The translations under genes and the position numbers were made by a program. Under the pieces are notes generated by a model. It worked only from the letters and a program-made list of their open reading frames with translations. It searched no databases and was not told where the DNA came from. Below, piece by piece: positions 50,171-63,090 of a stretch of DNA of 64,000 nt (its first letter is position 1; every line of letters begins with the position of its first letter). The stretch is from Camelus dromedarius (taxonomy: Eukaryota): positions 91,204,001-91,268,000 of the forward strand of contig NC_087472.1 in NCBI RefSeq assembly GCF_036321535.1, in the 5' to 3' direction.

Positions 50171-51707
50171 TTCTAGATATAACTGGAAAAACAGATATCC
50201 TTTATTCTTATACTCTCAAAAAGACACTGGTCCTACACGGCATCTAACCAGGAATGTGTATATGTTCAATAGTTTTAGGTGAGTAAATTGTGAATTTTAA
50301 AAAGCCATTGGAAAAAAAAGCCACTGAGCTAGAAGTCCAGTAGAGAGGTCCTGTGGCTATCAGCTAGAAAAACTTTATATTTAGGGGAACAAAATGCTGG
50401 TGTACGTCATTTCCACTGAAAAGGCCAGGATGTTACATGCTTAAACTTTTTTTTGAGCGGAAGCAATTTGATTTCAGAAAAAGGAAAATCAGGGTTTTCA
50501 TTAAAAGTAACTGGCTGAGAACCAAAAGGCATTATTTAGATTAAAACAAAAGGGGAAAAAACACAAAGCCACTGTCAAGGTTCCAGAAGAAACTTATATT
50601 TAAGTTTGGCCATCAGGAGTATACAGGAGTGTTTTGTTGTTGAATGAATAGATTCAACATTAAAAAATTAAGGGTAATTAAAAACACTCATCTGAAAGAA
50701 GTATATAATTTTGGCATCAGGATATAATACTTGGTATAGCCTTTAAAAAATTAATAAAAATAAGAGAAACCTCCAAATTCACAAAAGATGTAGTCTTCTG
50801 AATCCAGAGGCAGGACATAAAGTGGAAGATGATACAATGCTTTGAAGATGGGCAGGAAAAAGAGTACAGGAATGGAAACCTAAAATGATAGATAGAAGAT
50901 GACTGTCTACTTGCTATCAAATAAGCTGCTGTCAATTATATCCTAAAAAGAAAGATTCAGTACTTTAGCTCATCATCTACAAATATGAATCAACCCTTAT
51001 TCAAAGTCACGATCTTCTGGGAAAGTTACACAGAAGCTTCATAGTTGTTCTCTAACAAAGACATAATAGAAATGAGAGGGTAAAAAGAAGTAAGTTCAGT
51101 GATAACAGGACAAGAGAAATAAATTATTCAAAACTTGGACAGATAGCCTGGAGAGTGAAAGGCTAAGAAACAGGCTATGCAAAGATTAGATTAAAAAATA
51201 ATCAAGTAGATCGGATGCGATGTCATAGCTGGCAAACATACTTTTCCCAAAAAGCTCCTTGACATGAATGCCACTACCATGCACAGTATCTGTATAAAGC
51301 AGATATTTCAGGATGCAGGGGAATCATATCTTACAAGGCTGTTATGGTTAAAATCAGTAATTGTCGAGAAAAATTACATAAAATTAATGTTATCCTTCAA
51401 CTGCTTAAAATCAAACATTAGGCACAGTAAACATAGTTTTGTGTATGTTACAGCAGTATCACTACATATATAATTTATACTGTACTTAATTTGTATAAGA
51501 TTACAAATGCAAAATCTAACTCTAGCATTTTTAATTGCATAGAACGAGAACAGGAGCATAGTGCTGAACTGGGGAAGCATTTTTGAAATGTAATCTGTAT
51601 CATTAATACTTCAGTAACAAGTTAGGGAATTAAAATTAAAAGCACTTATTGCTCAGAAAGTATACTTTCCAAGAAAGTACATTACAAAAGTCCATAAATA
51701 TATATAC

Positions 51708-52265
51708 TGCGGCAGACAGATCCTTAATTAAGGTGGCCTCCATGATCCTTGCCTCCTGCTGTGCATCCTCTTCCGAGATCCCTTCTCCATGAGCGACATG
51801 AGATCTCTGACTTGCTTCTAACCAGTAGGTCATGTCAAAGGACAAGATGTATGTGATGATGTATATATGATTACATTGCATAAGATTATTGCACCTGTTT
51901 CCTGGACTCTCTCCCTCCCTTGCTGGCTTTAAAGAACCAAAGGGCCATGTTAGCAGTCATCACATGGGAAGGAACTGCAGGTGGCCTCTAGGAACTGAGG
52001 GCAGCCTCTGGCTGACTGGTGGCAAGAAACTGAAACCCTCAGTCCTACAACCACAAGGAACTAAATTTGGTCAATAATCTAAATGAGCCTAGAAGCAGAT
52101 GGAGCCTCAGAGGAGACTGCAGCCTTGTGAGACCATGAGGACAGGAATCAGCTAAGCTTTGTCTGGACTCCTGATCCATGGAAACAGTGAGATAGTAAAT
52201 GGGTGTGGTTTTAATCTGCTTACATTTGTGGTAATATTGTTATGCAAAAACAATTAATTAATACA
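51708..52265 (+). mobile_element. MLT1D/E-like LTR in GK intron
   Basis: TGCGGCAGACAG start; GGAACTGCAGGTGGCCTCTAGGAACTGAG; 3' end TTTGTGGTAATATTGTTATGCA...TAATACA. Confidence 0.85.
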
Positions 52266-52398
52266 TCAGGCTTATACCTCAAATGGAATATCTGCCTCAA
52301 AAGGAATGAAAAACTCAAAAAAGAAAATATTAACACTATAATCATAAATCACACCAAGTAAGAGATGGAATAAAGAACATTTAAAGATACAAGGAACC

Positions 52399-52509
52399 AT
52401 GTGACAATGAATATATATATGTTCATGTATAACTGAAAAATTGTGCTCTACACTGGAATTTGACACAACATTGTAAAATGACTATAACTCAATAAAAATA
52501 GGTTAAAAA
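52399..52509 (+). mobile_element. Very short, young LINE-1 3' tail
   Basis: Perfect 16-bp TSD AAAGATACAAGGAACC (52383-52398/52510-52525); L1 3' terminal motif CAACATTGTAAAATGACTATAACTCAATAAAA. Confidence 0.85.
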
Positions 52510-53576
52510 AAAGATACAAGGAACCTTCTTTGAAGTGCATATTTAAATAGACAAAAATGGCATCACATAGTATTTGGTATGTAAACAATATTCATTATTG
52601 AGTGTCTACTGCATGTCAGCCTCTGGGATGGAGTGGTGAACAAGACAGACAAGTACCCTGGCTTAGGGTACTTCATCCTAGTGAGAGAATACAGAACATG
52701 GAATTCTCAAATCCAGAGTAAGCTCAAGTTCATAATCATATTAAAGGCCCCCAAGAGAGTTTTGTTTTGTGAAATAATATTTAGAAAAAGAAGATGACCA
52801 AGGAAACGGAGAAGCACAGCTTGGTGAAGATAGTACACAGATATCAGAGCGAAGGCAGAAGTACTCAACCACTATTTTGTTTCAGCATCTTCCACTCCTA
52901 AGAAACATTTTCCAACTAGAAAGAGTGGGACAAATTTAAGCAGTTTAATATGAGTTTAAAGTTTCAAAACAACGGAAGGATCATGTGTCCCAGTTCCTTT
53001 TCACTGATAATGAAAACAGGGACCTAGAGTTGTTTAAATGTCAGGTATAGATGAATCACATGCTGGAGGAAGGGAGAGGAAAAAAGAATTTTCTTGGTGA
53101 TGAAAAAGAGGTAAATATCGTATCAGCAGAGGTGGTGAGTCTGCATTTTAAAAATCATCTGTGTTCCTAAGAGAGGGTAACAGGCAAAAGGTAAAAAGAG
53201 AAAACCAAAACAACACAGGCTAACTCAAACAGAGGATAGTGTCGATGTGGACAGAAACAGAAATGCATGACCGAGCAGGATTTGAGGCCACAAGCAGGAT
53301 GGGTTCTGGTTCACTTTTCTGTATGTGTCAGGGAGCAGGAGTGGTGGCTACGAGCTGACTCCTGCAGAGGAAAAGGGATCCAAAATGTTTTGTGTAGGAC
53401 AAGGAATAGCATTGGTGCTTGGAGCCAGGGCCAGGGGCTGCTCTCCCACTCGTGCAGGGGTGCTGGGAAACAAGCGACTGTCCACCTGCTGACTAAGGCT
53501 AATGGCTTAGTGGAAGATGACACTGGAAGGGAAAATTTCAAAATGTACGAGGAAATTCATTATTAAGACATCAGGC

Positions 53577-54907
53577 ATGGTGTTGGAAAAATTGGAGAGG
53601 TACATGCAAAAGAATCAAACTGGGCTACTTTCTCACACCATATAGAAAAGTAAACTCCAAAATAGATTAAAGACTTAAATGCAAGGCTTGAAATCATCAA
53701 ACTCCTAGAAGAAAACATAGGCAGTGTGCTCTTTGATACCGGGTCTTAGCAATTTTGGAGATCTGCCCCCTCAGGCAAGAGTAATAAAAGCAAAAATAAA
53801 CTAAAAAGTGTTTGCACAGTGAAGGAAATTCTCAACAAAAAAGGCAGCCTACTTAATAGGAGAAGATATTTGCAAATGATATATCTGATAAGGGGTTAAT
53901 ATCCAAAATATACAAAGACCTCATATAACTCAACATCAAAACAAACAGCCCAATTAAAATAATGAGCAGAGGACCTAAATAGACATTTTTCCAAAAAAGA
54001 CATAGACATGGCCAAGAGACATATGAAAATAAGTTCAGCATCACTAATCATCAGGGAAACGCAAATCAAAACCACAATGAGATACCACCTCACACTTGTC
54101 AGAATGGCTATTATCAAAAATACAACAAATAACAAGTGTTGGCAAGGATGTGGAGAAAAGGGAACTTGTGTATGCTGTTGGCAGGAGCATAAATTTGTGC
54201 AGCCACTATGGAAAATGGAGGTTCCTAGAAAAATGAAAAATAAATCTACCTACCATACAATCTAGCAAGTCTACTTATGGGTATTTTTTCAAAGAAAACA
54301 AAAACACTAATTCAAAAAGATACATGTACTCTTATGTTCATTGCACCACTGTTTATAATAGCCAAGATATGAAAGTAACCTAAGTACCCAATGACAGATG
54401 AATGGATAAAATGGATAATTTCAAAATATATAAAATGGAATATTACACAGCCATTAGAATGACATCTTGCTATTTGCGAATACATGGATGGACCTAGAGG
54501 GTGTTATGCTAAATGAAATAAGTAAGACAGATAAAGAAAACACAGTATGATTTCACTTATATGTGGAATCTAAAGAAATAAAACAAATGAACAAATACAA
54601 TAAAAAAGGAAATAGACTCAGAAAAGGAAAACAAATTGGTGGTTGCCAGAAGGGAAAGGGGTAGGGAAATGAGTGAAATAGATGAGGGAGATTAAGAGGT
54701 ACAAACTTTCAGTTACAAAATAAGTCACAGGGTTGTAATGTACAGCACTGGGAATATAGTCAATATTTTGTAATAATTTTGTATAGTGAACGATACTAAC
54801 TAGACTTACTGTGGTGATCATTTTCTAATGTATAAAAATATTAAGTCACTATGTTGCATATCTAAAATTAATATAATATTGTAAGTCAATTATACTTCAA
54901 TTAAAAA
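53577..54907 (+). mobile_element. 5'-truncated LINE-1 (ORF2 C-terminus + 3' UTR) in GK intron
   Basis: ORF 54008..54265 ([17 protein letters not shown]...[10 protein letters not shown]). Confidence 0.93.
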
Positions 54908-54989
54908 TTGGTAAAATTAAAAAATACATATATATACTTTTCGGTAAATTAGATATTATTGCAATCGTGCTAGCTTGCAAGCACCATTT

Positions 54990-55400
54990 TGAATAAAAAT
55001 GTATGGAAGGGAAAAAATGACGTAAGTCAACAAAATAGCTGGAATAGAATTCATTCCAGTCTGAAAAGTAAGTATTTAAAATATGTATGTGCTAAAAGTA
55101 TTCAAAGAGATAAATTAAGGTATGATTTCCATGAAAAAAATCACGAATTACAAATCAAAAGAAAAGATGAATAAAACAAAATCAGGTAGATATGAAAAAT
55201 AATGAATTGCAAATCCTAGAAATGAAATTACTGAGTGAAATTTAAAAATGTAATAGATGGGATAAACTGTAGAATAGACGGAGGAGGGTATAGCTCAAGT
55301 GGCAGAGCTCATGCTTAGTGTGCGTGAGGTTCTGGGTTCAATCTCCAGTACCTCCTCTTAAAACAAGTAAGTAAATAAACATAATTACCCACCCCCTCCC

Positions 55401-55432
<32 letters not shown>

Positions 55433-56860
55433 GGGATGGACAGCCATGTTAGGTAAATAAGTGTTCCCATACACTGCTGGTGGCATTAACATATGGTAAT
55501 GAAAAAGAATGAAACAACAGCTATATCTAACAACAGGGATGAATCTCACAAATATAATGTTGAGTGAAAAAGGCCAGATCAAAGATTGCATGCTGTATTA
55601 CTTAGTCTCTCTCTTTTGTATTTTTAATATGTAAAGTATTAAAAACATGCAAAGCTAAACTCTGGTGTTTAGGATTGCACATTAAAGTGTTAAAACTATA
55701 CAGAAAGTAAGAGCAGGATTATAATAAAGGTCAGGACAGCCATCACCTTAGGCAAAAGGGAGGAGGTTGTGATTGGGAGGGGCACACGGGGAGGGGGGGT
55801 TCCTGGTAGGTTCTGTTAACTGATCTGAGTGAGGTTACATGGGTCTTCCCTTTATAATAATTTATTAAGCTGTACACTGATATTTTATGCATTCTTCTTT
55901 ATATGCCTTCCATTTCACAATTAAAAAGTTTTCGTTTTAAAGAGAGAATTTGAAAATGTAAGGTAGATACTGAGAACTCACCAGGGATGCAGCACAGAGA
56001 AACAAAGAGATTAAAAAATACAAAGGGGCAGTTAAGAGACACGGAGGGTGGGTTGAAAGGTTCCAATACCCATACAATAGCAATTCCAGGAGAGGATGGA
56101 GGTAATGGTAGAGAAGCAGTATTTGAAGAGATAATTGTTGAGAATTCTCCAGAACTGAAGACAGACTTGTATCCAAGGACCTAACAGAATAAGTAAAAAT
56201 AAATCCAAACTCAGGGACTATCACAGTAAAACTATGGAACAGTCAAAGATAAAGATAAGGAGATAATGTTAAAAACTTCCATACAATAAACCTGATTATC
56301 TACAAAGGAACCACATTTAGAACAGAGCAACAAAGGTCTCACTAGTATCAAAAAACGGCCACGAGGGATGTAGAAAAAACAACTGAGATTTTATATCCAC
56401 CCCAGAGAGAGGGCAAAATAAGGACAAACCTATAAAGAATAGGCTTACTATGCCAGACTCCGGCAACTATAAAACACTATCCCTCAGCAAGAAAAACCTG
56501 GGGATGAAGACATAAAAGGTATGGGACCAAAGAAATGATACTGGACACAGAAATGGATAAAATATGCCATAAATATGATTTATGATTGACTGAAAACAGT
56601 ACTAATGATTGTGTTTTACAAAAAGTGTAAATAAAAAAAATTAAATTCAGTAACATGATTGCTGGTGGAGGGGGTAGAGGTAAAGCAGAGATCCTCATCA
56701 TGGTTGGGTGGTTAAACATACTAAACAACCATAAGCCCTCTTAGGAAAGTATATCGTTATAGAATATCTTAAAAATTTAAAGGCACTACCAAAAAATCCC
56801 AAACAAAAACCAAAAATTAAAAATGCACTGTTTTTTGCTTCCAAATCAGCAGAAGGAGAA
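54990..56860 (+). mobile_element. Ancient L1 ORF1/HAL1-like remnant with nested SINE and L1M 3' end (~55430-55930)
   Basis: ORF 55987..56184 (SNTHTIAIPG...AVFEEIIVENSPEL) resembles the ORF1p RRM region. Confidence 0.65.
55280..55432 (+). mobile_element. Vic-1-type SINE
   Basis: tRNA-like head, AAACATAATTACCC tail, (CAAAA)n end. Confidence 0.88.
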
Positions 56861-57901
56861 TGAAAGACTAAAAACTAAGATGGGCAGGTATAGTTTCCAT
56901 TTTCAAAAAGTGTAGAAAGTAAAATTTTAATATCTCAGAATGCCAAGCCTAACAACAATCTGTCAAAAAAATGAGTATTAAATATACACTTTTTAAGCAC
57001 TTACCAAAAAAAGGGGGCAGGGGGTGGGGGAAGAAGCGTGACCAAGTGGAATTTGCATAAACTTACTGAGAAAATGTTGTACCAATACAGCTTTACTCTC
57101 AGCACTTTTTTCGATCTTTTTTTTTTAATATTTAAAAAATGTTTGTTAACTGAAAAAAAATTAGAAACATCGAAAAGAAAAAAATTCTATCTACTATTGT
57201 TAATATAGAACTGTGTGTGTGTGTTGTGGCTGAGTTGCTAGGTTAGAAGGGTGTAACCTATGTGAGATCCAGTGAAAAGAACACTGGACTTGGGAGACTG
57301 GAACCCAGAATATTCAGATTTACAAGCAAGGAGATGGCACAGCGGGGTGGCCTAGGCATCTAGACTTTTTATGTCCAATAACCCGAATTTGCATCCAGCA
57401 TCGGCTACTAACTAGCTGTCAAAAGTCACTTTGATCAAATGACTTCAATTTCACTTGCCTTCGTGTATAAAACAAGGAGATAGTGGGGTGCTGTAAAGCC
57501 TGTTATCTAATCTACTGTCCCTCTCCACTTTAAAATTCTATGAAACTAAAAAAAATTTACATGAATTGGAACAAAATCATAAAGCATAGAGGTGTTACCT
57601 CTCCAGATGAGACAACACTGCAAGAATAACAGAGTGAAAAAAATTCACAGTGTCAGAATAGGCTGAAATCACTATCGTGAAATTAAACAGAAAGAAACAA
57701 AGACCTAAATTTGGATCAATAAAAGGTCATCTGTGCAAATACAAATTGGAGGGGATGATGATTCATTTGGAAAAGAGCTAGATATTTTAATACATGCTCC
57801 TGGAACCAATGATATGATGGGGTTATTAGATCTAATCAGTGAACTCTCAGGCTAGAGTGGCAGAAACAGTGTTTATGGTCACAGAGGCACAAATCACACT
57901 A

Positions 57902-59830
57902 AGGGCATACCTCATTTTATTGCACTTCACAGATACTGCTTTTCACTTTTTTTTTTTTTTTACAAATTGAAGGTTTTGTGGCAACCCTTCATTGAGCAAG
58001 TCTATTGGTGCCATTTTCTAACAGCATTTGCTTATTTTGTGTTTCTGTGCCACATTTTGGTCATTCTTGCAATATTTTAAACTCTCATTACTATTATATT
58101 TTTTTGTGGGGGGGGGGAGGTAATTAGGTTTAATTATTAACTCTTTTTAAAATGGAGGTACTGGGGATTGAACCCAGGACCTTGCCCATGCTAAGCACTA
58201 CCACTGAGCTATATCCTCCCCACCCCATTATTATTATATTTGTTAAGATGATCTGTGATCAGTGATTTTTGGTGTTTTGGGGTGCCACAAACTGCCTATA
58301 TAAAACAGTGAACTTAATCTATAAATGCGTGTGTTCTGACTGCTCTACTGACCAAGACTTTCCCCATTTCTCTTCCTCTCCTCGGGTCTCCCTTCTCCCT
58401 GAGACAAAACAATACTGAAATGATACTGAAATTAATAACCCTATAATGGCCTCTAAGTGTTCAAGAGTCACATGTCTTTCATTTTAAATGAAAAGCTGGA
58501 AATAATTCAGCTTAGTGAGGCAGGCACGTCTAAAGTGGAGAGAGGCTGAAAGTTAGGTCTCTTGTACCAAATGGTTAGCCAACTTGTGAATGCAAAGGAA
58601 AAGTTCTTGAAAAAAATTAAAAGTGCTACTCCAGGGAACACTCCAGTAGAACTCCAGTGAATGCTAAAAAAGTGAAACAGCCTTGTTGCTGATATGCAAA
58701 AAGTTTAAATGGTCTGAACAAAAGCTTAAACCAGCCACAACAGTTCCTTAAAGCCAGAGCCTAATCCAGAGCAAGGCCCTAACTCCCTTCAATTCTGTGA
58801 AGGCTGAGAGAGGTGAGGAAGCTGCAGAAGAAAAGTCTGGGGCTAGCAGAGGTTGGTTGATGAAGTTTAAGGAAAGAAGCATTCTCCATAACATAAAAAG
58901 TACAAGGTGAAGCAGCACATGCTGATGTAGAAGCTGCAGCAAGTTTCCTAGAAGATCTAGCTAAATTAATTAATGAAGGTGGCTACACACAGCAGATTTT
59001 TGAATGTAGACGAAACAGCCTTCCACTGGAAGAAGATGGCATGTAGGACTTCCATAGCTAGAGAGAAGTCTATGCCTGGCTTCAGAGCTTCAAAGGACAG
59101 GCTGACTCCCTTGTTAGAGGTTAATGCAGCTGGTGACTCTAAGTTGAAGCCAATGTTTATTTACCATTCGCAAAATCCTAGGGCCCTTAAGATTTATGCT
59201 AAACCTACTCTGCCAGTGCTCTAGAAATGGAACAACAAAGCCTGGAGGACAGCACATCTGTTTACAGCATGGTTTACTGAATATAAGTCCACTATTGAGA
59301 CCTACTGCTCAGAAAAAAAGATTCCTTTCAAAATATCACTGCTCATTGACAATGCACCTGGTCACCCAAGAGCTCTGATGGAGACATACAATGAGATTCA
59401 TGTTGTTTTCATGCTGCTAATGCAACGTACATTATGCAGCCCATGGATCAAGGAGTAATATTGACTTTCAAGTATTATTATTTAAGAAATACATTTTGTA
59501 AGGCTATACCTGCCATAGATAGTGATTCCTCTGATGAATCTGGGCAAAGTCAACTGAAAACCTTCTGGAAAGGATTCACCATTCTAGATGTCATTAAGAA
59601 CATTTGTGATTCATGGGAAGAGGTCAAAATATCATTAATAAAGAGTTTAGAAGAAGTTGATTCCAACCTTCATGGATGACTTTGAAGGGTTCAAGACTTC
59701 AGTGGAGGAAGTAACTGCCAATGTGGTGGAAATAGCAAGGGAACTAGAATTAAAAGTGAAGCCTGAAGATGTGACTGAATTGCTGCAATCTCATGATAGA
59801 ATTTTTTAACAGATGAGGAGTTGCTTCTCA
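57902..59830 (+). mobile_element. Tigger1 DNA transposon, 3'-truncated, with decayed pogo-type transposase
   Basis: Left end (A)GGGCATACCTCATTTTATTGCAC after TA; ORF remnants [12 protein letters not shown]...[16 protein letters not shown], QPMDQGVI. Confidence 0.93.
58102..58225 (-). mobile_element. Vic-1-type SINE nested in Tigger1
   Basis: TSD CATTA(C/T)TATTATATTT (58086-58101/58226-58241). Confidence 0.9.
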
Positions 59831-59907
59831 TTCTTAAAGAGAGCACTGTGACTTTCATTAGCTTTGAATGTTTGTCATATTATCTATAATGAATGAAAAG
59901 TACTTAC

Positions 59908-59988
59908 TTCTAATGCATAATATACTGGTTTGTCTCTGCCAAGTTTGTAAGCAACTGTGGTTAGAAGGCCATGTTCAGAAAATACACA
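59908..59988 (-). CDS. GK: Glycerol kinase coding exon, 81 bp (approx. exon 13)
   Basis: ttcctacag|TGTGTA...TTAGAA|gtaagt; [27 protein letters not shown] (visible inside ORF-track entry 59884..60114). Confidence 0.97.
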
Positions 59989-60043
59989 CTGTAGGAAAGA
60001 GAAAAAGGATTCAGCAGTCAGGAAAACAAAACGAGAGCATAAG

Positions 60044-60103
60044 AATATTTTTAAAGCAAAAACATAATTCAATAATATTTTTAAAGCAAAAACATAATTC
60101 AAT
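60044..60103. repeat. Perfect 30-bp tandem duplication
   Basis: AATATTTTTAAAGCAAAAACATAATTCAAT x2. Confidence 0.95.
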
Positions 60104-60448
60104 AAATATAACAAATTAGAAAATAAATCTTAACTGTCAAAATTACCAGTATTAAGAACAACACATTTAAATAGTACAAAAAGTTTATCCCTTGTTCCAA
60201 ATTTGATTTGCATTAAGAATCTGACAAGATCCTAGTGCAGATATCCCATCAACACAATTAAAAACATATGTATAAAATTCAGAGAACCATTCAAATTTAG
60301 TGGTTTTCATCATTTTTATTGAGTTCTAAATTAAACTGTTAAAAATTAAATAAAAGCTTGTTGACTCAAAATAGCAAATTATGTTCAAGCATTACTTTTA
60401 TGAAGTTAAAGAAGACTTTCATCAATCTCTTAATTTGAAAAAACCAAC

Positions 60449-60491
60449 CTTACGGCCTGTATTACATAGTAAGAAACAGCCTGTTCCATAC
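60449..60491 (-). CDS. GK: Glycerol kinase coding exon, 43 bp (approx. human exon 12); most 5' GK exon visible
   Basis: Reverse complement: ctatag|GTATGGAACAGGC...GGCCGTAAG|gttggt; encodes (T)YGTGCFLLCNTGRK, the conserved GK YGTG motif. Confidence 0.96.
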
Positions 60492-61786
60492 CTATAGTTG
60501 GGGGAGAGTGAATAGTAGGACAATTTTATTAAAAGTAAATAATACAAATTACTTACAAAAAGTAAATAGTATGAATACAAATTTCAACTGACATTTAACT
60601 TAGTATAATAAAAGTAATTATATTAAAGTTTTAGAAAACGTCCCAAAGCTAACAAACATCACATACTCTTTTGGAATAATGTTCAAAGAACAGTCTAGAA
60701 GAAAATGTACCTAGTGTGATCCTAATAGAAAAATGCACATATAGTATGTGGTGCTTGGTCATAGCCCAGGGCTATGTTTGTAAAATACCACTAGTTACAA
60801 CAAATCCTAAATGCAGGCACAGTTACGTTACTACTAATCCACGTGGAGTGAAGCATCATGACTTAAGAGCCATTTGGCAACGGGGCCGGCCAGCCTTGCT
60901 CCATCGTTAGTACAGTCATAAGGCAAGAAATGCCACCATCTTCTGGCACACAGAGGCCGTTAGGTCCAGGGTGCAGGAAAGTGGAGCTGGACTTTGGGCA
61001 CAAGAGAGGCACAGAGGGGAAGGCTATTTCCAGCCTAGCCTTCCCATTCTCTGTGCAGGATGGGGCATTCTAACAGTGGTGGGAGAGTCCCAGCCAGCAT
61101 GTAACGCAGCTGCCATGGGAAGTGAATTTTTGTGGTAGCCTTATCAGCATCAACTTTGGACTCTGCAAATCTGGTGCTTGGACATAAGAGAGTAGTTTTG
61201 ACTTGTGCCAGGCAGATAAGTAGCCCAAACTGATACAGTAAGGGTCACATGGCAACAGTTTTCAACTGAGTTGGCTGTGACAGTCACCCTCGGCTCACCA
61301 CAGCTGCCCTGCCTGAGCTCAGGATTCCCTCCCCATGGACCCTGCCACTGTGCCCTGCAACGTTTGGGCAGAGAGGAGAAGGGAGAGGGAGTGCTCAGTC
61401 CAAAGGAAGGGGATCCCAGCAGACGCTACGACCAGTCACCGCTAAGTCAACAGACCCGAAGAGCTGTATTTGTCTTGTGGAAGCAAATAGAAACCAAAGG
61501 CAATTTTTTCCAGGCACCACTGCTGTGAGTAAGAATTAGCCCGATACAGCCTATCTCTTCTGCTTGATTCTGGGCCTGCTTGATGAATAGCCAGCACATT
61601 CAGGATGAATATCTAAGTTTTCAAAGACACTAGTCAAAAAACACTAGGTACAGGTAATGACATATTCACGAATTTAAACACATAAATCACTATACCTTAT
61701 TACTTCCACAATGCTGAAAAAGCTATATATTTTAATATCCTTTAATAGATACTCACAAAAAAGTTAATTATCTGTTCCATGCTTTT

Positions 61787-61890
61787 CATTTTATTTTTTA
61801 AATTAATTTTTTAATGGAGGGCCTGGGGATTGAACCCAGGACTCCTTGCATGCTAAGCATGTGCCCTACCGCTGAGCTATATATCCTCCC
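61787..61890 (-). mobile_element. Vic-1-type SINE
   Basis: Reverse-strand head; TSD CCATGCTTTT (61777-61786/61891-61900). Confidence 0.9.
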
Positions 61891-62099
61891 CCATGCTTTT
61901 AAAGGGAGAAGTCTGAACCCATTTAGTCCCCATACAAACTCTGTATACTGAACAGTAATGTACATACAAGTTTTAAAGTACAAAATTGACACAAAGGCTC
62001 AAGGTACTTAATAAATACGAACTTAAAAACACAAACAAACAAAATTCCCCAAACTTGGCGTGATCCTTTTAAAAGAACAAACTACCTACTTCACACATC

Positions 62100-63090
62100 G
62101 TTCCTGGGTGGTTGCCTTTCTACAAACACAGTGTCTTACTGCCTCTATTTTCTACCTACCTGCATCTCTCTGGACCATTTGCAACCTGGCTTCCATCTTG
62201 AGCCTTCTACTAAAGCTTCATTCATTCTTAGAGGTCACCACTGAAGACCTAATTTGTCAGCCTCAGCCTCCATGACTTTTATGGAGTATTTTGCACTGCT
62301 GACCAAGCACCCCACCCCCCAAGTATCTCTACCTGGGATCACCACATTAATGACTAACTACATTCTTATTTGTCTGCATTCTCCATCCCTGTGTTTCTTA
62401 CTTTTAAAAATATCTCCTCTACCTGTAAATTTTTTCTTGGTATTTTCATCTAGTCCTGTTGCTTCAAAAATCACCTCTAAATCGGGAAATTCAAAACCTC
62501 TACTTTTATAATGAACTCATTCCCCATTTCCAAATGTGTATGATAGATATATAACCTATCAGTACCACCGTGTCCCAAATAGAAATTCTTCTACTTGGAC
62601 GCATTTCCTACTTTGGCTAAGCCTAACCACTAGGTCCAGGTGACTAGACTTCATACGTGCTTCCTGTCTCCTGTCCCTCTGCAGTGTCATGGACATTCAC
62701 CCACAGCCTCCCTCTCTCTCCTCACCTTCCTAGTCTTTGTCCTTGTTACTGAGATGGCATAGTGGCCTCCACCATGCCCTCTTTGCCTCTAGCCTCTCCT
62801 CACTTTGATCCAGGATCATATTATTAAGTGGACTCTGAACACCAGCTCACAAACCTTCAGAAGTGTCCCAATGCCTTCAAGAAAAAACTCCTCAGTTGAA
62901 ATTTAGGCCTTCACAACACCATCCTAGCCTTATTTTCCCACAACTACTTCCCTACCTGAATGTTCTGTACAGTCTTTAAACAAATCCTTCCATTTTCCCA
63001 CATGCATCTTTGGTCAGTGTTCCACGTGTTCACCATACTGCGCATTCTTTAGAACATTTCATTACTAACATAATGTTTTGTGACTTTTCT
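62100..63090 (+). mobile_element. LINE-2 remnant
   Basis: Pyrimidine-rich decayed L2-like motifs (AGGTCACCACTGAAGACCT; CTCACAAACCTTCAG). Confidence 0.55.

Noticed and set aside
58446..59830. Domesticated Tigger transposase (TIGD1-like) gene
   Set aside because: Multiple stops and frameshifts break it into short fragments.
60865..61260. Cluster of RFX X-box-like half sites and an E-box
   Set aside because: Matches are partial (about 11/14 at best) and expected by chance without conservation or ChIP data.
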